Positions 1-13,355 are shown, numbered from the whole stretch's first letter. The stretch is DNA of 57,462 bases, filler included, from Sphacelaria rigidula (GCA_964200075.2; 7 parts of 7 records of this genome joined end to end with filler, not necessarily neighbours in it); one strand, 5' to 3'. Notes: generated by a model not told the origin, from the letters alone. Translations and numbers: made by a program.

Positions 1-64
1 GTTAGGAGCCCCTGAAACAGACAAAATTTCGCGAAAAAAGTGCACCCCTACCGTAGCATTGCTC
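1..64 (-). mobile_element. Terminus of a Sola-like MITE, truncated by the contig start
   Basis: Reverse complement of 655-718 (1 mismatch) and near-identical to the reverse complement of 52710-52773; ends ...TACCGTAGCATTGCTC. Confidence 0.75.
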
Positions 65-160
65 ATCGGCCGTTCGGCTGCATGGGGAAAACGGCAAGTA
101 CGACAACAATAATGTTTCCATCTATCAAGGTCAAATCATTTTCATATATCAAGACAAGAA

Positions 161-319
161 AAGGAACTCTACGGTAGTCGTGGGGATGTGCACTTTTGAG
201 TCCGAGAGTGTTCTGCGACCGCACACCAAGGCCCAGATGTTTTGTCATCATCCAGATACTCCGACAACAGAGTGCGGAGCCTCAGAAATAAAATGTGCAC
301 CCCTACCGTGGCATTGCTC
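161..319. mobile_element. Diverged relative of the Sola-like MITE family
   Basis: Right end CTCAGAAAT...GTGCACCCCTACCGTGGCATTGCTC matches the family TIR; internal sequence similar to 49421-49580. Confidence 0.5.
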
Positions 320-654
320 CGGAAGCATAGTTGGACAGGGTTAAGGCCCCATACAAACATTACACCGAGAATGCTATTAGTGGGGCAGAGGAAGTATCAC
401 ATGATGTTCTTAGGAGGCAGGAGAGTGCGCGAATCTTTCTCCGTCGCGAGTTTCTTCTCGATTAGTTCTATATCTTGGACGAGGGCACCCCCGAAAATCA
501 GCACTGCTGATTGTCGTGTCCTCCACAGTTGGGAGCACCCGCAGCCCCGATACTGTACACCCACGAGTGCGCCGCCTGCAGATATGAGCAAGACCGATCC
601 AGAAAGACACTACTATTCGTAACCTTGGGATCTCGGAGACTACACTAACAAGAG

Positions 655-766
655 GAGCAATGCTACGGTAGGGGTGCACTTTTTTCGCGAAATTTTGTCT
701 GGTTCAGGGGCTCCTAACAATTCTAACCTCAGAAATTATTTCTGTACCCCTACCGTAGCATCACTC
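655..766 (+). mobile_element. 112-bp Sola-like MITE (internal deletion derivative)
   Basis: Imperfect TIRs GAGCAATGCTACGGTAGGGGTGCAC / TGTACCCCTACCGTAGCATCACTC; GAG...CTC ends; 4-bp TSD AGAG at 651-654 and 767-770. Confidence 0.8.
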
Positions 767-1208
767 AGAGGATCACACCGTTCTCGGCCGCGCGCGTTCA
801 CCCATTCTGGCCATGGGCCAAAAACGTGCGGGTTTTCGATTGCGGCTGGTGACGCTACCCCGTTCGAATGGTTCGGGCGCACGGCCAACCACATGAACAT
901 GTGTGGTACCTTTTCCCCAACAACGGTGGAACCATGCTACGGTAGGGGTTGCATGTTCGGGCTCAGATGTTTCTCGCTCGGGGGCTCCGAAGGTTGGGAT
1001 CTATACAAGAATATATGGACCAGCACATTGTCGTTATTCTAGTTTACCCTGATTGATTGATTGATTGGTAATCTCATAGTAACTGATTGCAACAATCCAG
1101 CTCGTGGTCAGGGTTGAGCAGCAGAAAAAATATGATCAGGAAAGAAGAAAAGGAACAGAAAAATACAGGAGCAACAGCCACAGAAAGGAAAGAAGAAAGG
1201 AAGTAGTG

Positions 1209-1320
1209 ACAACAACGACAGCAACAACAACAACAACAACTACTACTACTACTACTACTACTACAACGACAAAAACAACAACAACCTCTACTACTACTAC
1301 AACACACGAACACAAACACA
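1209..1320. repeat. (ACA)n/(ACT)n microsatellite
   Basis: Direct reading; explains the poly-T/V/C ORFs. Confidence 0.95.
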
Positions 1321-1899
1321 AATAACACAATGAGATGATTATCACGCATTACGTAGCTGATTGCAACAATCCAGCTCGTGATCACAAACAGAAAAAAAAG
1401 GAGAAAAATGAAAGAAATGAAAAATGGAAGTAGAAATAAAATGTGAAAAAGGAATGCAAGAGAAAAAAAGACAGGGACATCCCTAGCCCATTGGGGTGCT
1501 AATCGTGGCATGCTGCCACATACTTCATGCGTTTTGTTTTGGCGCGACAAAGGGCTCTTCTAAACGTTCAAACCTGAGAGAGACAAATCTGATCGATTGT
1601 TGGACTTCAACTGATCCCCTAGGGGTCCAGCCGTGGTCTCATGATGGACGTACCCAAGAAAAACGAAACTGAAACACGCTCTGAGAAAAAAAAAAGGTCG
1701 AACAGAACGATACACCAAATTAATTCGTAACAAAAAAAAAGCAATAAAAAAGTCAACACAAGCAAAGAACAGAAAGAAATGGCCGACCTAAAAAAAACCC
1801 GGAAAAGGCCGAAGGGATTCAGGGCAGTAGAAAAGTAGATACAGACACACACCAGTGGGCACAGCAGAGCCACCGATAAAGGACATAATCAACAGCCGA

Positions 1900-2372
1900 T
1901 ATGAGTAGACAGGATTCTCCGATTGGCAGCCCTCGACGTAGCAGCCTCTCGCTTGTGACAGCGGTCTGATTCTCGCTTGTCCGCGCGTCGCCACGTGTCC
2001 CCAAACTCTTCCGACTTTTCGACTCCGATATGCCATTTGCCCATGTTCTTCGCCGCAGTGACCCAATCGTATGCATCGTTAATCTCTACACCGTAGACGA
2101 ACCACTTTTGTCGGGCTCCTTTGTGCGGGACAGCCCCTAGCGCATATAGGCTCTCCTTTAGGGTATCCTCCTATTGCTTGGGGGGGCGGCCGACCTCCTT
2201 GGGTCCTCGTGTGGAAAGCCGACCGTTCATGACACGCTTGAGAAGGCGTGTGTCCTTCTGCCGGACAAGGGCTCCCGCGAACCAGAGTTGACGTTTGCGG
2301 ATAGTCGTCTCCATACGTTCGCAGTTGGTCATCTCGAGCACCGCTCTGTACGAAAGAGTCTTGTAGTCTCGT
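1900..2372 (-). mobile_element. 3' fragment of an RTE-like LINE ORF (pseudogenised)
   Basis: Minus-strand translation RDYKTLSYRAVLEMTNCERMETTIRKRQLWFAGALVRQKDTRLLKRVMNGRLSTRGPKEVGRPPKQ*EDTLKE matches the post-RT C-terminus of RTE-type LINEs; in-frame stop. Confidence 0.8.
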
Positions 2373-2670
2373 AGGTATTGGAATCTCGAAATACCCTGGT
2401 ATCGTAGTAGGTATCATTTCAATATACCGGATTGAGCGGGTACGGTAGGTATTGGAATCTCAAAATACCCTGGTGTCGTAGGTATCGTGGATATGACATT
2501 TCAAAACATCGGATTTGGCAGGCACGGTAGGTATTGAAATATCAAAATAACGTGGTAACGTCGGTATCGTTGGTATGACATTTCAAAATACCGAATTGGG
2601 TCGGTATCGGTGGGGTATGAGCTGTCCCAAATACCGGTACCGGGTACCTACCTTGTCCTCTATACCGAAT
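2372..2670. repeat. GGTAT/ATACC-rich dispersed repeat with internal ~75-80 bp tandem units (copy 1)
   Basis: Three GTAGGTATTG(G/A)AAT units followed by CCAAATACCGGTACC; homologous to 3695-4018. Confidence 0.8.
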
Positions 2671-3694
2671 TCAAAACTGTCATCTGGCAGTGCGAAGCGT
2701 TTCAGATCTGGGTGCAAGTCGAGCAGTCGAAGCGTTTATGTGCCCCACGTTGGAAGTCGCCCCCCACCCGAACACAATGCACCCCGGACCGAGGGAGAGA
2801 ATGAGAGCCAGCGCGAACGGCAACTGACCCGACATACCTGCGCCCATATGCTATTGGAGCGATGCGAGTAGCATATTTTTTTACTAAGTTTTGTTTTCGT
2901 TTTTTACGTCAATACGTGGGACTCTTCTTCCCTGCTGCTGTCGGACATGTGCATGATTTTTTATTTTTTTAATACTCTCCGCCCTGATCACAACTGGATT
3001 TATTGTAATCAGCTGACAGGGTTAGACATCCAATCCATAGATCAATCATGGGTACCGCGTGGTGATTTTCGTGGTTGTTGACGCGGGTGCAGAGACTATA
3101 GCGCTCTGAAAATAGTGCAGTAGTATGTGCCAAGTTGAAATTGAATTATTCGATTTTCATTTCGAGGAGGTCGGGCCGTAATTCCTGGCACCAACGTATT
3201 GCAGTAGTACGTGAGAGCAGGTGCAGTAGTACGCAAGAGTAGGGTTTGCCCCTTCGTGTCTAGTTGTATTCTTTCATTCAGACCACCCGGCAATTTCGCA
3301 GTATTTACGGTAAAGTAATATGGCAGGTTATTTAATTGGTATTTTGGCACATTGTTGTGTATATTGTATGCCTCCTGCGACCCCTCGATTTTTTTGTTTT
3401 TCCTTATTTTCGTTTTATTTCTGCTTGTTTGCTTGCACATGGAATATTATCGCGTATGATGCTCATCTTCGACATGGAACAATGTATACCTTCATATGAT
3501 GATCTAATCTTTATACCCATACACCAAAAACATCAGACGGCATAGGAATAATTCATTCGAATTGATTTAAACACGAAAATCAGGGGGAATCTGGGTATTA
3601 TTTACTTGTGAAAGCGAGACGTGCCTGCTCCGACAGCTTCTGGCCTCAGCGTGAGTTGGCACGAGCTGTTGCATCGTGGGGAGTGTATCGCGTT

Positions 3695-4018
3695 TGGTAA
3701 ATACCGGAGATACCCCCGGTATTTACCAGGGTATCCCATACCGTGGTATGCGTAGGTATCGTAGGTATGACATTTCAAAATACCGGATTAGGCGGGTGCG
3801 GCAGCTATTGAAATCTCGAAATACCCTGGTATCGTAGGTATCGTAGGTATGGCATTTCAAAGTACCGGATTGAGCGGGTACGGTAGGTATTGAAATCTCG
3901 AAATACCCTGGTATTGTAGGTATTGTAGGTATGACATTTCAAAAATACTGGGTTGGGTCGGTATAGGTAGGGTATGAGATGTCCCAAATACCGGTACCGG
4001 ATACCTACCCTTACCTAC
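3695..4018. repeat. GGTAT/ATACC-rich dispersed repeat (copy 2)
   Basis: Same tandem units and same 3' end as 2372-2670. Confidence 0.8.
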
Positions 4019-5466
4019 GGTGCCTGTGGATACCACATACATTTGACGGAGGGGTAAACAATTGTTCGTTACACCCTGATCCTGAGATATCTGCACTCTG
4101 AAATGGCAAAAAAGCGTTTTCCGAAACTCTCCAATAATGTCGCTCGTTTCGTGCAACAACATACTTCACTATTCTAAGGGGAACAAACACATTCGCACAT
4201 TCTCAATGCAGTCTCTCGTTCTTAAGAGGGCCATTCGGCCGCGCAAGCACCTTCCTCTAAACCGTTTTCTAGTAGAAGCAACAACAGCCAGCACGCCTTC
4301 GCCGCTTCAACCAGAGATGAAACTCGTCTCAACGGGGAAAAAAGTAACGAGCGGACCGCGATAAATATGAGCCGATAGGCGAGCCAGCCAGCCATACATT
4401 CGCAACGCGCGCCAAACAGTCCGAGTTCTGAACAAAACTCCAAACACTACTGAAACAAACAAAAAAGAGAACGATACCCCGGAGCGCGGCCTCAAGTTGA
4501 CATCATTCAAATTACTACAACTTTGCCTTATTCTGATATCCACTTTCTGCCTGTCGTTGCCTGCATGCCATCCTTTCCTGCGCAACCTGAAATTAGGGGC
4601 GTTCTGTGGGATGAAAACGACAAACTAACGGTATCCTTAGCGGCACGTGCTATTTGTAGCGACCATCTCTGCTTCCGAACACGGTTCGCGATAAGAGCCG
4701 TCAGCCACACAGGCGGCATAAGCATAGATAGTGATGGGACATAACCTCTCCTTTCCGGTTCACCGCCTTGGGCTAGCTTGTTCCTTCCAAAGAGGACATC
4801 AAATGGATAACGGTGAGCAGTGTCCATCCGTTTCTTGACCGCGCTTTCTCTTAGCACGAATCTGCCACAACGCTACGCAACGACGGCGCACATCGATGGA
4901 GCACCCCTCTCCTACCCTCCCCCCATTCCTTCCTCCGCCTTCCGTGTACGGCTGTTGCCTCCCCCGGGAGGACTCCGAGCGAATTATCCTGTCGCCTACA
5001 CGCAACATTTCTTCACCCCCCGCTGACATGAAAAGAAGTCGAAGCTCTCTGCAGAATCCTTCGCAAGCTAGCCAATCACACACACGATAGTATGTCAATT
5101 AGGAAATAGTACCGTACTACTTTGATACTGAGAGTACCGTGATAAGTGTGTGCGTGCATATACTGGAGCGATGGCTCCCAAAAACACAACCCGGCAAAAC
5201 TCACGGTTCAGGCTTCGGACGACAAGCACGGGAAAAATAGTGGAACCTTCACGGAAAACCTCCAGGAGGACGAGGAGGAAAAATGAAAAGAACAAAGTGA
5301 CCGGTGTGGAAAACAAAGTGATAATGTTTTCACGGACTAACGGGTGTATACACGTCACGTGGGCGACCGGTCCTTCTTACCCCCCGACCCCCACTCCGTC
5401 TCGAAAGGGATGCGTGGTCAGTAGTCCAACGACTAAGGCAAGCAACAAATGAGTACCCCCCCCCTG

Positions 5467-5768
5467 GTGACGCACCCATGAGGCAGTGTATAAGCCGTGG
5501 CTGTCTCTGAAAGTGGCGATACCAGAAAATATAGCAACGCATTGCAGACTGTCATCCAAATGCCAGATAATCAGTAGGCTTCGGGTTGAACAATCTTAGC
5601 ATGATGCAGCTCACTCTTCATGCGACTCGCCGAGTACACCACGGCGCTTGGTGGTATGAGTGCGAGCCTGGTCCGGCGAAAACCCGGTGTGCTCCGTCCC
5701 GGCTTTGTAGGGATGCGAGATCGATGGTCTTATGATTAAGGCATGCATGATCATGAGTACACCCCCCC
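5467..5768 (+). repeat. Dispersed ~300-bp repeat family ending ATCATGAGTACACCCC
   Basis: Homologous copies at ~14640-14920, ~23971-24280 (reverse), 24500-24572 (reverse, truncated) and ~53712-54006. Confidence 0.8.
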
Positions 5769-8124
5769 TCCCCCCTCCCCCCGACCCTCGTTGCCATTCT
5801 CATACCAATTTGTTGTATTGCAACTCTCAAAACCGAGGTGACAATTCCACACTTACAGGCTGGGCCAGCCTACAAACGGAGCTCTATGTTGTAGGCCGTT
5901 CAGCAGCTCAGTTAGAGAGTTGTGCTTTGAAATTTGTTTCGGGAATCGCAAGGGCATAACGAGTTGAAACGGCTGTAGAATGCTGGGTTTTTTTCGTGAG
6001 TCAAGGACGCTTGTATAGTCAGCACCATTTTTCACGAAAACATTCTTAACTCATGAAAATGAGTCAAGGTCCCGAAAGTTGTGCTTCTTGTGTTATGCCC
6101 TTACGATTCTCCAGTTCATATTTCATAGCATTACTCATTACTCTCAAAATTGAGCTGAGAAAATGACATTTCATGTGTTATGAGTTAAGGGCAAAAACAC
6201 GATAGTAACTTGTGGGATAGAGAACTATTTCGTTGCATCACGATACAAGTGCCATACTGTACAGGAAGCTCAGCATGTTGTACCTACATAAACATACGTA
6301 CCATAGGCGGGAGAATAAACGAGCGTAGCAAGAAAAAGTGAAATGACCCGAGACTAAGGAGAAACGCTTCGTTAAGGAAAATCAAACGTGCATGTATGCG
6401 TGCATCTCCAGTAATACAATGTGCCCTTCCTTGCTGTACTCAATTCATGTCCAGGCAACTTATTCTTCGGTCGAAAAGGTGCGGCGGAAAAGAAAGGTTC
6501 AGGTGATACTCCCTCCAAGCTCATTACCTACCATGAATACATTTATGGGATCCTGTTCCGTGTCGTGTGCCTCGACTACCCACCACTAGCAGTCCGGGCA
6601 AATTAGGCGAGGCGTGAGATAATATTGCTACTTTAACTACAGGCTGTCGCTACCGTGCGCTCGTGTATTGTACACGGATCTGTGTGAGTGTTGCCGGCAT
6701 CCGAGGTCATCGGGACAGGACGGGTAAAGAGCAGAACCAAATATACGAACCTCGCAAAGCCCGTCAGACGTTTCGGTTTTTGTCAGTGTTTGTTGATCAA
6801 TTATCAATGGAGATTGTGTACGATAGCCAGAAATTCCGATTTCCTGTCTGTTTGTTGATCAATCGGTTTCACTTCATCAATTGGTTGGGATGAAATTGAT
6901 GGTTGGACGGTTGATAGAATTATAGGTGGAAATATTTGTTGAATAAAGAAGGGTTCGAATGTTTGTTGGGACTTGGGTGGAAGTAGTTGGGAACAATACA
7001 ATATACTCTGTGAGATACTAAACAATGATTAATTTATTGGTTCGTTGAGATTGAATGGATGAGGGGATGTCTATTTGAGTTGTATTTTTGGAGGGGAAGA
7101 CACCATAGAAGCGGGGGCCAAAAAAGCCACCTCATGATCCGGATCATCATGCTAATGAGGAGTGATCATTGGTGACCCCATCAGCTGTCTGACGTATGCA
7201 TACACGTACACACTTCATGTACACGCTTACCATGGTACTCTCATCACCAAATTGGTATTATTTTTCAGTTGACATGTGACGTATACAGTGGTGTATATCT
7301 GTGTTGACTAGGCTGGGAGGGACCCTGCTGAGAGTTGACTTGTTTTCGATCTTGGACGGGAGGTCAAGAATTGCTGCATGTAGGTGGCGGGATAATTTCC
7401 TCGGAGTTCTCCCTGGGAAGGCAACAGCTATGCACGGAAGGTGAAGGAAACAATGGGAAGGGGGGAATGGGTACTACATCGATGTGTTCCGTCGTCGTGA
7501 ATACACTATTGAGGCAGATTTGCGTCGAGAAATAGCGCGGTTGACGAAAGGTTTACAAGTGCTCACCGTTATCCGTTTGCCGTCGCCTCCGCGGGGGACG
7601 AGCTGATCTCAAGGGGTCACAGGGAAAGGAGACATTATGTGCTGTCTCATCACCATCTGTTATGAAGTACAGTTCCCTTTCGTTTTCCTTTTTTACAGGC
7701 AGACTAGTTTCGCTTCATACGATGAAACGCCCAACAACATTCTGCCGGGGCTTCAGCGAATGAGACCGTACAAATAACAATGCCGTAAATACAAGTGTAC
7801 CCTGTCCGTACATCACAAAACACTGCATACGCGAGATTCAGGGAAGAAACAAACCACGACGCACATTGCACGAAAACAAAAGCAGTCTCTGCACACATAA
7901 TCGCGTTCTTCGCAGGTGTGCTTCCTCCAACCGAAAAAAACACCTCAGCTTCCATGCCTTGGTGATATCGCACTGTCGCCACTCCATCTAGGCGCCTACG
8001 CACGTGCGACTTGTCATTACACCACTTTTTTTTTTTTTCAGTTTCCCTCTCCCAGGAAAACCAGGACAAAAAACCTCTCACCGATACTTATACGAACGAT
8101 CAGTGGAATCACTCGCTTTCGTAT

Positions 8125-8224
8125 NNNNNNNNNNNNNNNNNNNNNNNNNNNNNNNNNNNNNNNNNNNNTTAATTAATTAANNNNNNNNNNNNNNNNNNNN
8201 NNNNNNNNNNNNNNNNNNNNNNNN
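8125..8224. other. Artificial contig spacer N44-TTAATTAATTAA-N44
   Basis: 100-bp linker with stop codons in all six frames. Confidence 0.99.
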
Positions 8225-9041
8225 ATTTCGATTTACGTGAAGATTTTGCCTCCCAAAACCTTGCACTTTTTGGGGGGGGGGCTATCGTAGAAAGTGTCTT
8301 TAGACAATTGCAGATGAACTGCACGGCAGTTTGGTCATTTTTTTCAGTCTCAGGCGATGTAACCAACATGGTTCCATGGTAGATCAACGAAATATTATTC
8401 ACGGGAATTCCGGAACTCCTGTACCACCCCGCCGCTGCTGTATTTTGGTTAGCCGAACCTCTTTTTCAGTAAAATAAAGTGCATTCGATCCGAGAGTAAT
8501 ATCGATTTGTACTGATTTTTGCTTCGGATATCAAATTTTCATGCCGAATACTTTGTACTCTGTCGCACAGTTTTAACCCAAATGCAAGCGTACGGCGAGT
8601 GTGTTTGGTCGTCTGACACGCCTATAAGCCTTTTCTTTATAAGGAATCACAACACCCCCCTTCTCCTATCTCTGCACGACTCACAGATTGAAAATATACG
8701 ATTTTCTCAGCCTATATCGATATCTCTGTAAACAGTGGGTTTGGCCACCCACCGCACACCCTTTGCCAACAAGCGTGACACCATGACGAAGATAACCAAG
8801 CGGAGTTGTTATTTACGGTTTTCTTTCCACCACAAAATGTGAAAAAAAAAATCCACAGCAAAAACTCTGGAATTTCATTATTGACAGCAGACAATCTTGC
8901 CTATGCCTTGACGAGGAAAAACTAGGTCTAGTAGCGGAGAAGGCGCTTCTTGAACATTCGATTCTGACAACATTATCTCCCGACAACATGAGCATATGTG
9001 CAAATACGCGTGTACATTTTTCCCAACACCTTCTGCAAAAG

Positions 9042-9230
9042 GTTCTGAGATCCGCAGCAGTGCACCAACAACGGAGGACACCCCTGCACCCGGGACCTCG
9101 GCACCTCTAGTCCCTACTCCCTCCCCCACAATCTCTTGGGAATGGCCGGGCAGCAGCGAGAAGTGGGGATTCGGCGATTGGGAGACCTTTGCACCGACCT
9201 CATCCGGTCGAAGCTTGGAACACACAGCAG
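9042..9230 (+). CDS. Internal exon of a Pro/Thr/Ser-rich (TPAP/TPSPT) probably secreted protein
   Basis: AAG acceptor (alternative CAGs at 9057/9060), CAG|GTACGG donor; GSEIRSSAPTTEDTPAPGTSAPLVPTPSPTISWEWPG...; phase 1-1. Confidence 0.55.
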
Positions 9231-10958
9231 GTACGGGTGGCGTGGGACGGGGCTGATTGGTCCTCCTTGCTTTGCTTGCATTAATTCATTTGCCGAGCTG
9301 CATGCGTAGTGAAATCGATTCGTAAACGCGGTCAAGATTAACTTGTCGACACGCGAGAGAGTCTTTTAGCACCTTCGGGCCACGGTCTGAGTGCTTCCTT
9401 TCGGGGACCGGGGTTGCTACCACGAGGTGACGAACATCGACTATCGCCCCACCACTCCCCACCCCTTCCCCCACCCGCTCTCCTCCGAGCGATGAGTGTT
9501 CTCCAACAGGAACTTTTCTGCAGCAGTGATATACCCTGCCCTTCCCCGAGGCGAATTAGTGAACTTATCCTGTAGAGCCTATTGCTCACAGACAACCAGG
9601 ATGACAGTTCGCTGGCTGACCTCTAGTAGATGATGACACATATTACCAAAGCTCAACCATAATGAGCGCTGGGACAGTAGCGCGCAGTCAGTGCGATCCC
9701 TACCGTAACTCCATACGACATAGTAGATTGCAGTCCTATTTATGTGTCCATTTTTGTGTGGGCTAGTCAGCACACCAGCGCAAGAAATTCAACACGGCCT
9801 AAGCGTACCTGTGCACCAGCTGAAGCCCCATTTCTTATGTGTTTAAGTACAGGATCTCTGAGGAAGGAGTTACACTAAACCCCCAAGCTGGGCCAATTAA
9901 CTGCATATACGAGACTATGCGGCAGTCCACTCAAATCAATTTGCTGCCGGCCCGGACGGTGACGCAAAGCAGTTCAAAGCGTTCACAAGAAGTGGATATC
10001 CAATTCATTGTACTGTTACTATCCAGTAGCTTATGGTCCCCTAACCACGGCTCACCAGCCAGGACTCACATGGCCCGCGGAGCAAGATTAGTCCAGTGTT
10101 GATTAGTCGACCGAAAACCACAGAATGAAAACGAGAGCACAAGAAATGTAACTCACACATAGTTATCGTACAAGAACCAAGAGATCCAAAACACATGCAC
10201 GATAAAATATTGTAGGAACGTTGCTGGCTCGGGAGCACAACCAGCGGTTCGTCGGCACCAGCTGAATACTCCATGCATCGTGAAGTCAGTCATAGACCAT
10301 AAAAATTCCGGAAGTTACTGCCCGTTGTGCAGGCAGAATATACGAATTGTTAACGGACCTATTCAACTGTGCAATTTGCATCCCTTCACAACCGTTGGAC
10401 ACAACTCGGAGGACCAAAATCCTATTCTTCACATGAAACTCGTGCTCCGCAAACGACCAATTAGCAAAAGAGTCGTATCCAAACGTCAGTGACTATTCGA
10501 GCGTATCAAGCATGCATATCTGCGAAATTGATTACTGTTCCTCGTCGAGATCCGTTCCTCCGAATACCGTAACAACACCCAGACATCACTCCCGCGACGA
10601 TGTCATAGCAGACGTACCGTGTGCTAGGAATGGGGGGCACTAAACGCACTCATACATTGGAGTCTGGGACTCTGAACTTATCAGTAGCTTCGCACGAGAA
10701 ATCGACTTTGTTACCAATGGAGGCATGTTTCCGCAAGCACTCTCGCGGGTCTGGTTTACAAGATAAACACGAAGGAACGTTAACGTGAGAAATCGGAGGA
10801 CGCGCTCAGGAACCGTCTATACTATTTGTCGATAATTCAAATGGTAACGCTGGTAATGGAATATCTCAACAAATGAGCACAATGCCATACGTCCACTTAC
10901 CCTTGGGTTAGATAGTGTCGAGCAGGTGAGCTGGGAGCAAAAGTTCAGTGTGCTTGGT

Positions 10959-11404
10959 AACACGGGATCTTACAAACTGAGGATTGATCTTTTATTGGGG
11001 ACGAGAAACCCGGAGAATTAAAATCTTCGTATCCACACCAAATCTTCGAAATATGATTTCGTCTCTTCACCTACTAACCGTTATTGACGATTGCTACAAG
11101 CCATCGAAATTTGGATTTCGATCACCGAAATGTTAGCGTCCTGAGTGAAAAAAAACAATTTCGGAACCATTTTGGCGTCCGTTCGGACACCCGAAATTCC
11201 TCAAAGCTAATTTTTCATCTAGGACCTCAACATTCAGGTGATCGAAATCCCAATTTCCATAGCGTGTAGCAGCTGTAAATAACCATCAGTAGGTGAAGAA
11301 ATGGAACCATATTTCGAAGATTTTGTGTGGATACGAAGATTTTAATTCTCCGGGTTTCTCATCCCCAATAAAAGATCCATCCCAAATCTGTAAGATCCCG
11401 TGTT
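10959..11404. mobile_element. ~445-bp foldback MITE (AACACGGG...CCCGTGTT)
   Basis: Almost entirely palindromic; 4-bp TSD TGGT on both sides. Confidence 0.85.
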
Positions 11405-12274
11405 TGGTGTGGACATTTTCGGTGTCCGCATTTAAACCCTCGTTTTGCGGGGGGTGTTGCGTGGAGATGTTAGGGTTTTGTAGCTTTGAAGCTCATGTTG
11501 CAAAAGGCCGTATGGTGCCCATCTTGAATCCCAGATATCGCCCACACACCTGATGATGTTCTTGGCATTACCCACTTCGACTAAACGATTGATCGCCTTT
11601 CTTAGAACTGATCAGCTGCGTATCAAGAGCCGTCGTATTCAAGCAGGGATAGGTATATTTGAATATTCGCTACAATAGAAAAAAAAAAACTCGACTAGAG
11701 GAGACAAGGGCGAGAACTAAAAGAGGACAGGAACAAAGAGAAATACGAAGAAATAGGCAACGAAAGAGGAAAATGAAGACGTGGAAGAACGACAGCACGA
11801 AGAAAGCAGAGAACACGCAAAAAGAGCACGAAACACTCAGCAAAGAAATCGACCGAGGAGGCAAAATTTACATGCAAATCAAAATGGCAAAAGCCGAGCA
11901 CACCGAGGAGCTGGAAACTCCCACGCTTGGAATCGCTTTCCCCAATGTCGCCCATATGAGGCGCTTTAACAGCCTGCAACCAGCTGTCGTGCGTTCGCTG
12001 TGTGATGATATTCTTCGCGATAATTTTCCGGCTGGCTTGAGAGGGGGGGTTTCGCGGTATCACTCAGAGAAGCATAGGATCGATCGATTCGTCGATTGTC
12101 GCGCTTTGACTGAACCCCCAGGGATCCAACCGTGGTCACATGACGAACGTACCCTAGAGAAAAACAAAACTGAAACACTCGCTGAAGGCAAAAAAAGAAA
12201 CAGAAAATATAGAACAGAACAGCATGATAGGCTAAGACGTAAAGCCGTAGGAACGAACACCAAAAAAAAATAAA

Positions 12275-12702
12275 AATACAGGATTTCACAAATTGGGGAT
12301 GGATTTTTTTGGGGGATGAGAACCCGGACAATTAAAATCTCCGTATCCACACCAATTCTTCGAAATATGATTCCATTTCTTCACTTGCTGGTAGCTATTG
12401 ACAACTACTACACGCCACAGAAATTTGGATTTCGATAACCGAAATGTTGGGATCCTAGGTGAAGAACCAATTTGGGGAAATTTGGTGATCCGATCGGACC
12501 CCAAGATTGTTTTTCACCCAGGACCCCAACATTTCGGGTATCGAAATCCAAATTTTACGGCGTGTAGTAGTCGTCAATAGCTACCAGCAAATGAGGAAAT
12601 GGAACCATATTTCAGAAGATTTGGTGTGGATACGAGGATTTTAATTCTCCGGGTTCTCACCTTCAATGGAAATTCCATCCCCAATTTGTAAAATCTCGTG
12701 TT
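12275..12702. mobile_element. Second copy of the foldback MITE
   Basis: Same long TIRs; flanks TAAA/GAAA. Confidence 0.85.
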
Positions 12703-13149
12703 GAAAGAGAAAAAAAACAATTAGAGGAAAGCAGAACATAACAGAATGAAGTACTGCTTGTCCAACCACACCACAACTGAGCGGGGCTTGGAGTAGCGCT
12801 CTAATTTTGTTTTCTCCCAAATTGCCTAAAACGTATCTTCACACGTCGACTGCACGGCCCAAGTCATGGAAAAAACCGGTGTTGGGGGCGTTTTGTCCTC
12901 CCGTGAGCTACTCATTGCTCAGGGGTCGGAAACTGGGAGAAACAGTACCACTGCCGACCGTGGATAAGGCCATTATGTTCACATTTTGACTGCTAGCTTC
13001 AAAACATCTGCCGCTGAGTAGGCTCCAGTTCGCCCTCCACAATTTATCTGTGCAGACTTTCGTTGTTCTCAAGAGGCAAAAGCCAAACCTACGCGTTTTA
13101 TTCATTTCCGTCGTGATCAGTCCCCACTGCCATGCCTCAACTCGAACAG

Positions 13150-13355
13150 GTCCCACGGCTGCCCCTACGATGGAATACTCCGGGCGCGATTGGTCTGGTG
13201 GATCAGCAGCTCCAACTAGCAGCGACTCGGATCGCGAACTCCCCCTTGGTACTGCCGCTCCCACTGCTGCTGTGTCCGGAATTACACGAGACGGAGGTGA
13301 CCAGACTACCGTAGTTTCAAGGAGATATAGCAAACCCTCTGCCGCTGCCGCGACG
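13150..13355 (+). CDS. Exon of a TAAPT-rich protein, possibly the same gene as 9042-9230
   Basis: AACAG acceptor, ACG|GTAGT donor; GPTAAPTMEYSGRDWSGGSAAPTSSDSDRELPLGTAAPTAAVSG...; phase-1 start is compatible with the upstream exon. Confidence 0.6.

Noticed and set aside
397-591. Second RTE-like fragment (LIFGGALVQD...LLPPKNIM)
   Set aside because: Similarity is too short and degenerate to call.
1-718. Apparent 718-bp element with 64-bp TIRs
   Set aside because: TSDs show the real unit is 655-766 (and 52710-52966); the inverted match is two separate copies in opposite orientation.
8169-8180. Recurrent TTAATTAATTAA at ~8.2-kb periodicity
   Set aside because: Assembly linker inside N runs, not biological.
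11659-12273. 204-aa ORF
   Set aside because: A-rich low-complexity repeat sequence with related copies near 1620 and 13720; no protein motif.
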